Assembly (NCBI GenBank): GCA_002269645.1
Contig: NIVC01003257.1
Coordinates: 19,708-83,707 of the forward strand
Length of the DNA: 64,000 nucleotides
Direction of reading: 5' to 3'
DNA from: Macrostomum lignano
Taxonomy: Eukaryota
Positions within the stretch are counted from its first letter, which is position 1; each line of letters starts with the position of its first letter. The translations under genes and the position numbers were made by a program. The notes under the pieces were generated by a model, which ran no database searches, was not told the origin of the DNA, and saw nothing but the letters and a program-made list of their open reading frames with translations. Below are positions 12,359 through 23,499 of the stretch, piece after piece.

Positions 12359-12550
12359 ATTGTTATTGTAAAAGATGAAGTATTTGAAAGCGCGCCAGAA
12401 TATTTTTACGGTATTTTTGTACGAAAAGTGACGACTAACAACTAACAACGAGTATAAATATTAATACAGAAATGAGTACGAATTACGAGGTATAGCTTTG
12501 ATTGCAAGATTACGATATTTGTAAAAGTAAGGTATTTGAAAGAGCGTCTA
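12359..12550 (-). mobile_element. Third fragment of the LINE UTR-like sequence
   Basis: 12362-12510 is nearly identical to 7589-7738 (GTTATTGTAAAAGAT.AAGTATTTGAAAGCGCGCCAGAA...TACGAGGTATAGCTTT). Confidence 0.75.
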
Positions 12551-14195
12551 GAATTTTTTTTTTAAACGGTTTTCCAGCCCATTAACGAGTCACGACTAAC
12601 GACAGAATAACAAGATTCAAAGCAGGGAAAAATAAAAAATCAATGTCTTACATGTATATATATGACCTTAAAGCAAAACGATTCTTCTAGAATGCGATTC
12701 AGGAAAGGTAGTTAGATCTTAACATTTCCACTTAACGATTTCCACTTTCCGATGTTTTGAATCCACGCGCGACATAGAGTCAAAGTTAATCTTAAACAAA
12801 TGGCGCACAATCGACTTGCTATTGTGAAGTAAAATTAGCGATAAAGTGACAAAAAAGTGGTTTCACAAAAAACTCTGTTTTTAACCTAAAAAGCAAAACT
12901 TTAAAGCATATGCTGTGTATATATTACCGTATTTTAAAATGTTTCTTTTATTTAAAAGTATGTCATGCACTTTAAATGAATGACGTGATCGATCGATCGA
13001 TCGGACGCATTCATTCGACGCATTAATTCGTAAATGAATGAATGAAGTCCTTCGACCTTCTATCTATCTCAAAGCTGACTCCAAGTTGTTCTAACGGTTG
13101 CTTTTCTCTCTTTACTTATTATAATGTAATATTCTGGGATTATTTTTATACTCAATTTATTTTAATTTTATAATTATAAAGTAATTTTTTACTATATTAT
13201 TTTTAATACTAGGTCTAAGGTCTAAGTCTAATGTCTAAGTCTAAGTATTATATATTATAATACTACTACTATACAATGTTCATACCAAATAGATACCTAA
13301 CTTAAGTACTAATTAATTCTAATTTGATATACTAGTATTGTAATATGATGGTTGGCTGTTTGCATCTCAATAAGACAAGAGTTATTTTTAAAAAAGGAGT
13401 TTTCAAACATTGAGTAGTTTATTGAGGCTATTCTTGAGATTTAAGGTTATTTATTTTGTTCAACTTACTTACTACCTATTCAGTATTTATATAGCCTAGG
13501 CCTACTAAAAGTTTCATAGTTGTTTAAAACAAATTTTTATGATGAAATATAGAAATAAGTTAGTGGAATTAAAAAAGTTATTTTTAAAGAATCAATAAAG
13601 TTTGAAGCTTATTATGAAGGGTGTTTCAAAAGTAATGAATTTTGTCATAACTTTTAAATAGATAAACTTATCAACTTGAAATTTTTACATAATTATTTTT
13701 TAAGTATTCATGCAATATACTATTTCAGTTTTACTTTTTTCGCTCTATAAGCCAACTTGCAACAAGTAGCATCTAGCAAGAAAGTCTGAATCTTAAAACA
13801 AAAAATTACAACCTATATAGGGCCTAAATTTTGTTGACAAATTTTAGACATATCTTCCAACACTTTTTACAACACTTAATGTTGAAGTGTTGGAAAAAGT
13901 GTCAATAATTAACTTTTACCAACACATTTTTAGATATCTTCCAATACTTTTTATGACATTTAAATTAATACTGCAAGAAGTGTAGTATAATTAACTTGTC
14001 TTTTGCCGACATCTCTTGCCCGACACTTTTTCACACAAATGGTCATTGGCTGAAACAGGGGCTAGAAATAGTAGTATAGGCATTTATAGGATTAACATTA
14101 ATCTTAGCAACAATATTAATAATTTAGGTAGCTATCATAAGATGAGTATTTAAAAAAAGATTTGCTTATTAAAATTTTCACTACAACATTATAGG

Positions 14196-15480
14196 CAGTG
14201 TTAGGCAAAGTTCCAGCACTTCCAACACTTTTAGTACCAGAAGTTACTTTTTTCAAAGTGGCACTTTTTCAGTTTTTCTAGAATGCCAGACTTTGGTAAA
14301 GGAAGTTACTTTTTGATAAGTCTGGTCCTCAGGTACTTAAAAATGAAATTTTAAGTGCCAAATAGCCAATTTAGCATTAAATATTTCCCAAAAGCACAAA
14401 AAATCAGCAAAATACTTGCAGTACAATTATACAAAGATAAAAAAGATGATCCTAGATCATGTGGTTTTTATTTTTTAAGTTAAAGCTTGTTTTAAGCATT
14501 ATATACATGTAGAATCATAGAATGAAGTAATTATTGGGAACTACTATTGCTAAAACTAAACACATTCAAAACAATAAACATCCTTGTTTAACAACTCTTT
14601 GCAAGTTTTCTAACAAGCATAACTAGCAGTACATCAAGATGCTACCTTTGTGATTTGCAGAACATTTTTAAAGGCCGATTTCTTCATTTCAATGTTCTTA
14701 TAGGATGATATGAATGATGCATTCTTATAGTGTTTTAACTTTTAACTCCTTTGAGGATTATTATAATTTTCTAATTGCAGCACAATTTAAGGCACTGTAA
14801 TAATCAAGTTATTTAAAGTCTTGTGCATTGGTCTATCTATCAAATTCGTCATTTGTTGCCTGGTATCTGTTTTGTTAATTATTAACTAGCATTTCTAAGG
14901 CTGCCAGAATTTATATTATTTTTTATTCTAAATAAAAGTATTACACTACTGTAAAAGTATAGCTGCTGTAAAACTATAACACAATACTATACACTATAAT
15001 AGGGCAATGAGAATGGCCCTCGCAAACAAAAAGTTGCCTAAAGTATTTTGCACTGATCATTGTAACACATCTATTGGACAAAAATTTCTCCATAATACTT
15101 GATCTGAAGAGTCAGAATCAACATTTGAAAATAGGCCTCCAAAATTTTTTCTGCAAACTGCGAGTATATATTATCCTGATGTATATGTACTGCTAATCTT
15201 TGTTTTATAGAGGTAGTATTTATTCACTCAAATTTTGGATGTAATAATAACAAAAAACACAATGTTGCATCTTTATTTGAGGAATAGCAGCATGTTTAAC
15301 TCTAGACCAACATATGTTTTTGTTTTTTTTCATGAAGACATGTTTAAGTACTCTTTAATTGGTGGTTTTATAAAATTAGAAAGGACCAGTAATGAAAGTA
15401 CCAGAAGTTACTTTTTTTAAAAGCACCGGTACCAGAACAAGTGCCAGAAGTTACTTTTCCAGAGTAACTTGCCAACACTG
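14196..15480. mobile_element. Non-autonomous hAT-type element (MITE), 1285 bp
   Basis: Perfect 8-bp TSD ATTATAGG at 14188-14195 and 15481-15488. TIRs are CAGTGTTAGGCAAAGTT and CAGTGTTGGCAAGTT (reverse complement). Subterminal CCAGAAGTTACTTTT repeats occur at both ends. Confidence 0.9.
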
Positions 15481-15759
15481 ATTATAGGTAATTTGTTTCT
15501 TACAATAATGTCATTTAGACACTTGTAGCAGACTTTTCACTCCTAGTTTTTTTCTATTAAAGTTTTTTCATTCAGAGTGTGAAGAATACCTTACCAACAA
15601 TAGATTTTATATTGAGTTCTATACTTTGATTGCAAAACAGGATTTGAATGATGCCTTATTTTAGATATTTGTGTCTAAAATAATATAACAGAAGAAAGAA
15701 ATAAGCAAGCCAATTATTTCGTAAATAAAATTTTTCAATAAATTATTGTGATCTTTCAG

Positions 15760-18742
15760 GCAGCACTACCTATTGGTTTGGGACTTTTTTGGTCAAGTTG
15801 TTGTTCTTGGAGAACCAGAGGCCTAGTTCCTCAGACCTTCAAATTGGCCTCTAGAAGCAGTTCCAATGCTCAATTGACCAGTGATAAAACTGCAGGGCGC
15901 AGTCAGTTATTACTGTATGTGTCTTACAATGGCTGCCCATACAATGGTGCTGCAAATCATTCTTCCGATTGGCAGGTGTGTATTTGTGTAGTATGTTCAA
16001 TTTTATTTTCTGTAATTTTTTAAGAATTAGTAATAATATCTACATATAGTTATTAAACTTTTAATTGTTAGCACTTTTTTCTTAGAAATCGCTTGTCGCT
16101 TGCACTGGCTAGAGCTGCTATTCCTTAGAAATCGCTTGTCGCTTGCACTGGCTAGAGCTGCTATTCCTTAGAAATCGCTTGTCACTTGCAATGGCTGGAG
16201 CTGCTATTTCTTAGAAATTGCTTGTTGCTTGCAATGGCTAGAGCGGCCGTTTCTTGGAAATAGCTTGTCGCTTGCAATGGCTAGAGCTGCTGTTTCTTGG
16301 AAATAGCTTGTCGCTTGCAATGGCTAGAGCGGCTGTTTCTTAGAAATCGCTTGCAATGGCTAGAGCTGCTGTTTCTTGGAAATAGCTTTTCGCTTACAAT
16401 GGCTAGAGCAGCTGTTTCTTAGAAATCGCTTGCAATGGCTACAGCTGCTATTTCTTAGAAATAGCTTGTCGCTTGCAATGGCTAGATTCTATTTCTTAAA
16501 AATCACTTGAAAAGAAAAGTGCAGGCGCTATATTAAAAAATCGGTTCATCTGACACTAAAATATTGTTTGTTCTAACAAAAAAAACTGCATCAGGTTCGC
16601 TCCGTGTCCAAAGCTCTGCACCATCACCTAATCCAACTCATGGGTCCGAGCCGTTGGATCAACAGGCTAAGCATCAGCAGCCGAACTGACAAAGACGTGC
16701 ACGCGCTAATGAACACAGTCAGCGTGCGTCATTCCGGACCTATCGACTATTCAGTCGCATTATTGCGCCTTATGCTTAACGCTTCGTTGAAACAATCCGG
16801 CCAGTCTATTCGAATTCATCTTATCAGGCCGGTGCCATTGTCAAGCGGAGAATTCTCCTTAGTAACGGGAGTAGCCAGACGGGAATACGTGTATAGATTG
16901 GCGCAGCTAGCCGAGCCGGGGCTCACCCTGATGCACCCGGAGGCAGCCTGGCTTGGCAGCAGTCGTTGGCTAGTTGAACCGCCGCTGTCCCTGGAACTGC
17001 TGCATCAGGCTGCCGGTGTGCTGAATGGAGAGCACGATTTTTCTGCGTTTACTAATTTGAATGTGAGTTTTTTCAGTTACTATAGAAACAAAATCCAGCC
17101 AAAATCAAACCAAAGCAAACAGATTCCGTTAGAATTGTCTCCATAGCAACCCCATCCAATCAGAATCGTCCCCCAAAGCAACCCCATCCAATCAGAATCG
17201 TCCCCCAAAGCAACCCCATCCAATCAGAATCGTCCCCCAAAGCAACCCCATCCAATCAGAATCGTCCCCCAAAGCAACCCCATCCAATCAGAATCGTCCC
17301 CCAAAGCAACCCCATCCAATCAGAATCGTCCCCAAAGCAACCCCATCCAATCAGAATCGTCCCCCAAAGCAACCCCATCCAATCAGAATCGTCCCCCAAA
17401 ACAACTCCATCCAATCAGAATCGTCCCCCATAGCACTTCATCCAATCAGAATCGTCCCCCAAAGCAACCCCATCCAATCAGAATCGTCCCCCAAAGCAAC
17501 CCCATCCAATCAGAATCGTCCCCCAAAACAACCTTATCCAATCATAATCGTCCCCCATAGCACTTCATCCAATCAGAATCGTCCCCCATAGCACCCCATC
17601 CAATCAGAATTGTCCCTCATAGCACCCCATCCAATCAGAATCCGCCTAGTATCCGCTATAAGTATCCGCCCCATCTCCGACAAACCGGCAGGGCCTCAGC
17701 CGCTGTTACACTCCGCTACGCCGACTAGAAATTTGCGTCGACGACTCCGTTTCCGTGGACCGACTTCACGCCTGCAACAGTTTTACTAGCGACTGCTTCA
17801 CCGGTTGCGTTGATCTGCACTTTGGCGCTTGAAGCTTTCTTTATAAGCAGGTTCGATTTATGGCTGGAGCTTTGGTGGCGACTGCCAAGGGCACGGTGAG
17901 TTCAAAGAGATGCCGCCAGTCCCAGTTCAAAGAGATGCCGCCAGTCCCAGTTCAAAGAGATGCCGCCAGTCCCGGTTTAAAGAGATGCCGCCAGTCACAG
18001 TTCAAAGAGATGCCGCGAGTCCCAGTTCAAAGAGATGCCGCCAGTCCCAGTTCAAAGAGATGCCGCCAGTCCCAGTTCAAAGAGATGCCGCGAGTCCCAG
18101 TTCAAAGAGATGCCGCGAGTCCCAGTTCAAAGAGATGCCGCCAGTCCCAGTTCAAAGAGATGCCGCCAGTCCCAGTTCAAAGAGATGCCGCCAGTCCCAG
18201 TTCAAAGAGATGCCGCGAGTCCCAGTTCAAAGAGATGCCGCCAGTCCCGGTTCAAAGAGATGCCGCCAGTCCCAGTTCAAAGAGATGCCGCCAGTCCCAG
18301 TTCAAAGAGATGCCGCGAGTCCCAGTTCAAAGAGATGCCGCCGCTATCTTTGTTCTTATATTGTTAGTGCAATAATAATTAATCAGTTATCATATTTAAT
18401 TTGACCCCGCAGGTAACCCTGGACCAACTCAAAGACATGCTCAGCAATCCCCCCGATTATACGGGCTTAAAACCATACGACGCAGCGCCTCCGCATGGTC
18501 TTTATTTAAAATGCGTTTGCTACGCCAATCCCAAATGGGATCTTAACTGGCCAGACATACAGGCTGACAATGCCACTCTCAATACGGACTTTTGTCGCCA
18601 ACTTTTGATAAGGTTTCGTGATAAAACCTGCCCAATGAATATTGTGGAGCTTAGTAGGGAGCACGAGGCCTACTTGGCAACGGTTGCTAAGGAAACTTCT
18701 TCGGTGGAGACCGCGAGAGATAAATCGTGTTCTAGAGTATGA
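15760..18742 (+). CDS. PUSL1: tRNA pseudouridine synthase A-like (TruA family, PUSL1-like); in-frame TGA in exon 3, no ATG in first visible exon
   Basis: Exons 15760-15975, 16595-17062, 17692-17895 and 18413-18742, all phase 0 with GT-AG. Motifs LYVSYNG..YNG, SSRTDKDVHAL.N, RREYVYR, GEHDFSAF, SFLYKQVRFMAGALV and APPHGLYL..V.Y. Confidence 0.88.
16078..16500. repeat. ~43-bp minisatellite, PUSL1 intron 1
   Basis: Unit TTAGAAATCGCTTGTCGCTTGCACTGGCTAGAGCTGCTATTCC, ~10 diverging copies. Confidence 0.9.
17147..17640. repeat. 32-bp minisatellite, PUSL1 intron 2
   Basis: Unit CAACCCCATCCAATCAGAATCGTCCCCCAAAG, ~15 copies. Confidence 0.95.
17899..18342. repeat. 25-bp minisatellite, PUSL1 intron 3
   Basis: Unit AGTTCAAAGAGATGCCGCCAGTCCC. 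The array begins inside the GTGAGT donor. Confidence 0.95.
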
Positions 18743-18855
18743 TCTGAGTGAACTCGGAGCTTTGCTAATTTGATTTTTATGCATCAAAATCTGATGCTTC
18801 TAAGTACATTTTGTACTCTTTATTCAAACACTTTGTTACTAGGCCACAGGCACAG

Positions 18856-19012
18856 CCAGCCTCCCAGATCCTCAGTTGCTGGGCCAGCCTCCCAGATCCT
18901 CAGTTGCTGGGCCAGCCTCTCAGATCCTCAGTTGCTGGGCCAGCCTCCCAGATGCTCAGTTGCTGGGCCAACAGCCTCCCAGATCCTCAGTTGCTGGGCC
19001 AGCCTCCCAGAC
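18856..19012 (+). repeat. 28-bp satellite family, short array (copy A)
   Basis: Unit CTCCCAGATCCTCAGTTGCTGGGCCAGC, ~5-6 copies. Same family as 32510-36412 and 54208-55453. Confidence 0.95.
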
Positions 19013-19334
19013 TCGAGTTGCTGCGCTTCAGTCCATCGATAATATGAAACAGCATCTGTTGAATCAGCTCTGAGAAACCACTTACTTATTTTTAGTACCA
19101 ACTTATTTAGGTCGGCATCACTGCATTTTACAAATGATTGTTCCCCTTTATGTGGCATTTTTTCATCGGCGAAAATTACTATCGACAATTGCAAATTGTG
19201 TTGTGTCTGATTTGTTTCGATAAAATAAAGTCAATCACTTATATGATCAATTGTGTAGGCTACTTGCAACCATTTTCGTTGGCTTTTAGACTATTTTCAT
19301 TTATTCAAAAGGTTTATAATTTCAATAAAAAATA

Positions 19335-19477
19335 AACAGACAGACAGACAGACAGATGACAGGCAGATAGACAGAAGGACAGACAGACAGACAGACAGAT
19401 GACAGGCAGATAGACAGAAGGACAGACAGACAGACAGACAGATACACAGACAGACAGACAGATACACAGACAGACAC

Positions 19478-19510
<33 letters not shown>

Positions 19511-19525
19511 TACACAGACAGACAC

Positions 19526-19586
<61 letters not shown>

Positions 19587-19925
19587 TAAACAGACAGACA
19601 GGCGGACAAACAGGCAGGCGGACAGACAGACAGACAGACAGGCAGGCAGGCAGACAGACAGACAGACAGACAGGCGGACAAACAGGCAGGCGGACAGACA
19701 GACAGACTGACAAACAGGCAGGCGGACAGACAGACAGACTGACAAACAGACAGGCGGACAGACAGACAGACTGACGGACAGACAGGCGGACAGACAGACT
19801 GACAGACAGATAGACAGATAGACATACAGACAAACAAACAGACTGACAGGTGGACAGACAGACAGGCGGACAAACAGGCAGGCGGACAGACAGACAGACA
19901 GACAGACAGGCAGGCAGACAGATAC

Positions 19926-19992
<67 letters not shown>

Positions 19993-20130
19993 GGCGGACA
20001 AACAGGCAGGCGGACAGACAGACAGACTGACAAACAGACAGGCAGGCGGACAGACGGACAGACAGACAGGCAGGCGGACAGACAGACAGACTGACAGACA
20101 GATAAACAAAGAGACATGCACACAGACAGA
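19335..20130. repeat. (CAGA)n compound microsatellite
   Basis: GACA/CAGA repeats interspersed with CAGG and CGGA variants. Confidence 0.97.
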
Positions 20131-20173
20131 CTAATCTGTATGCCATACCTCCCCATTCCCGCTGCTGCGCCAG

Positions 20174-20614
20174 CTGTGGGCCGTACTCCTGGCCCTATTC
20201 CGTCGGGCGCTGTGCTTTCTAAGCATAGTGCGGCAGAGGCGGCCGTCGGGCACCCCCCTGCCAATGTATCACCAGCAGCAGCATCAGCAGCCGCCCAGCT
20301 TAGACCCGTCAGCCGGTGACGGTTTCACAGCCTGGTCTGATTGGGGAGGCTCTGGGGAGCCCTCAACAGTCGCCTCATCTACTGCAGCTGCTGCCGCCGC
20401 CGCTACTAATGTCTCAAATAATCCCGAAGACCTTCTGCTTCGCGATTTAGAACCGCGCGTGTCAAAGACTCGGAAAGTCTACGTTGGACCCAAACAACAG
20501 CAGCAGCAGCAGCAAATGCAACAGCAACAATTAGCCTATAGACAGGATTTATCGATTGGGGCGGTGTCTAATCAGCTTGGCGATTGGCATGACAATTCTG
20601 GTTGGGACGAATAA
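20174..20614 (+). CDS. EBAG9: EBAG9/RCAS1-like protein (no ATG at the N-terminus of the exon)
   Basis: The frame from acceptor CAG|20174 reads LWAVLLALFRRALCFLSIVRQRR (N-terminal anchor + basic patch), FTAWSDW, DLLLRDLEPRVSKTRKVYV and NQLGDWHDNSGWDE*. These parallel the EBAG9 blocks WTSWD, DYFKDMTPTIRKTQKIVI and ELGDLDTW...AWEE (recalled, not searched). Confidence 0.72.
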   Translation: MWAVLLALFRRALCFLSIVRQRRPSGTPLPMYHQQQHQQPPSLDPSAGDGFTAWSDWGGSGEPSTVASSTAAAAAAATNVSNNPEDLLLRDLEPRVSKTRKVYVGPKQQQQQQQMQQQQLAYRQDLSIGAVSNQLGDWHDNSGWDE

Positions 20615-20974
20615 TTTCAATAATTGCAGTGTTTTGTTTTGTATAAAAATGTGCTTTTATTTTCTACTTAGAAATTTTGTTGGTCAGTAGTATAGTTGCA
20701 ATTCATTGTTTTTTCCTCTTACAGATATTAAGCGACGTTTGCTTTCTTTGCTACTCTACAATGTAAGCTGGATAAACCTAGCTAAAGTAGTATGTTTCGT
20801 CTTGGCTTTTATTGTTTGTCCCGGCTTGAAATTAATCACGAGTTTTCTAATAGCAACAACTTATTTTGTATTCTATATGTTAATTCAAATTTTATTATTT
20901 GCTAATCATTTCTTTCTATGCCCGGTTTGTTTAAATGATGACAGTTAAAATCGTTATTGGCGTTGCCCGCGTAA

Positions 20975-21230
20975 TCTAAAGGCTGAGATTTTCCGAATTT
21001 AAATGGTGAGATTTCCGTAATCTAAAGAATGAGATTTCCGGAGTCTTCAAGGTGAGATTTCCGGAATTTAAATGGTGAGCTTTACGGAATCTAAAGGGTG
21101 AGATTTCCGAAATCTAATGGGTGAGATTTCCAGAATCTAAAGAGTGAGATTTCTGGAATCTGAAGGTGAGATTTTCGGAATCTAAAGGATGAGATTTCCG
21201 GAATGCGGAATCTAAATGTTGAGATTGCAT
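20975..21230. repeat. ~27-bp degenerate minisatellite
   Basis: Unit approximately GGTGAGATTTCCGGAATCTAAAG(G), ~9 copies. Confidence 0.85.
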
Positions 21231-21949
21231 TAAGCTAAAGCAGAATTTCCATGATCTACCTTGCAATTGTTATTTTTGAGATCTGAAAGGACATTTCTAG
21301 AATCTTGGGTAAAAATTTCTGGAAGCGAAAGGTTTAGTTTTGATATGTAGTCAGGATGTTCTCAGCTAATTTGACAGTGATAATTTGGTCACAGCTATAT
21401 TGGGTGTCCTTGAATCATCTTTAGTATACTGTACTGCTTTATCTCGGATTTCTAACCTTTTTCAGTATAAATTGAACAAAACAATTTCCAATATGCAGTT
21501 CTTATTGCCTCTATCAGTGACTGTGTGTACTTTAGTATAAAATTAAGCGTGTTGGTGATTTCTCCAAAGAATGCTGAAAGCACTGCATCGTATATTGCCC
21601 GGCCGCGAATGTCTTGATGAAATGAACCAATAACTATAAATATATTCATTTAATGACGTAAATGCTAGTTCACTCGAATATTTGACTGTGGAGTGGATTA
21701 CAATTAATTATTTTCGTTTGTCTTAAATTAATACGAGCTTATCATTGTTTTACAGAATCAAGCAATTTATATTTACATATACTTTGTAGACTGGAGAATG
21801 CCCAATGGAACAACGAAAATTCGGAGTACTAAAACAAAAGTTGTATGTACTTATATCTACATTTTCTTCCCAATACTAATACTATATTCTTAGTGAGTCC
21901 TGAAAGCCCCAAAGGCTCAAATCCAGTAAAGTACGTTACTGTTTACCGT

Positions 21950-22400
21950 ACGACCTGCACTTACAGTTAATGGGTGGGCCGGTCACGTGATCAGCTGGTC
22001 GACCTTGAATTTTGCTCTCTCTTAGCCAATAAAGAAATCGCGTTTATTGCTTCAGCTGCAGAGGCGAGAAAGGGTTGGATTGAGAAAATAATCGCGGGCG
22101 CACGTTTTATGACCGGTTTGGGGTGGCTGGCTGGCTGGGTTGCCCACAAGCCGGCGTGGCCCCCCTTACCTTATTCGTACCCACCCCTCTCCGCCACCGT
22201 TATTCACAGTGACTGTACATTCAATTCCAGTTCTTGCGCTTTTACTACCCCCCAACCTACCACCCTCCGCGCGCTCTTAAGACCAGTTTGTCCGGAAAAT
22301 CCACCCCAGGCCCGTACCTCTAATGCACAGTAAAAACGCGCAGGCGAATCTAGGGGGGGGGGTATAAAAACTGCTTGCTTGAACCCCGTTTTCTGTCTGC
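21950..22400. promoter_or_regulatory. CpG-rich putative promoter region upstream of TAT
   Basis: GC/CpG-rich island with TCACGTGA E-box (21983-21990) and CCAAT (~22026). A strong donor ACG|GTAAGC at 22767 suggests a non-coding first exon downstream. Confidence 0.4.
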
Positions 22401-23499
22401 CAACATTCTGCGACTCCCTATTCTTCTACCCAATTCTCTTTCGCAGTAATTTAAGCCTGCTTTCCTGCCTTCAGAAAGAAATAATAGCGTGTCTTCTAGG
22501 CATTTTAACCGTCCGTCCGTTCTGTATGTTGTACTTTTCTGTCGTAAAACACCCCTGTTCTATCATCGCTGCTAAGTGTTTCGTTCTTAGTAATTCTAAG
22601 AATTCACTATTAAATTATAGAGCATTCCGCTCATTTTGTATTGTGAATTAAAATAACGGCCTTGAGAACTAAGAAAGATCAGTTGATATTTATTACCTTA
22701 TTGTTACTCATCTTGCATAACCATCGTCGGAGGAAATCAAAAACTTTTTTGTCGACACGGAATACGGTAAGCATATTGGTTGTTTTTCTTTATTATGCAG
22801 CAAATAATTATTTTATTGCATGTAAAATTTATTGAAAGTAGAAAGTAAAATAAAAATCGAAATAAAATACATTATCTGATATCTCTAAGAAAAGTACATT
22901 AAAAATCAGTGCAAATTTAGCGCACTTAGTCGTTGTCTAAACATTTTTGTGTAATCAATAATCAAACGTCAACTTCAAAGGAAGATATGGCCAGCATTAT
23001 AATAAGGGGGTGTGTCGTTATACTTGGGCTTAGTGCACGTGTCCTGTGCTTAGTAAATTAACTTAAATTAAAACAAATTTGCCTCGTGAGAAAGACTAAG
23101 AAAGCTGCAAAATTTAACAGAAACTTGACAAACCCGATAGAAAATCTCTTCTCTTCTTCTGTTTACTAAGTGACAAAGTCAAGCTTAATGCACAGTTTAA
23201 AGAGTCGGTGCAGACCATGCAACATTTCTAGCTAGTCAAACGCTGGTATCTTATTGTGCTTTCGGAATTTAACCAGAATTGCCTAACCTATACAGCCTAT
23301 ATCTCTGGCTGATTCTATTTATTAGATAGGAAAAAGCCAGTGACCTTGAAAATTTCAACAGTTTAAATAAACAACAATTTACCTTAGTAGCCCAGATATA
23401 GTTGACTCCAGATCGAAGCAAAATTAGTGACTTCAGTATACAATTATAAAATGTCTAGGTGTTGCCTAGGCTTATGCTGGCTGATAATTTTCAGTGACA

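Noticed and set aside
17830-18830. Selenocysteine recoding of the PUSL1 TGA
   Set aside because: The position is not a Cys in TruA enzymes. The only nearby hairpin (TCTGAG-TGAA-CTCGGA, ~18743-18758) lacks SECIS geometry.
21452-21649. Minus-strand 65-aa ORF as an exon of a gene divergent from the TAT promoter
   Set aside because: No recognisable homology and I could not join it in frame to other exons; possible but unsupported.
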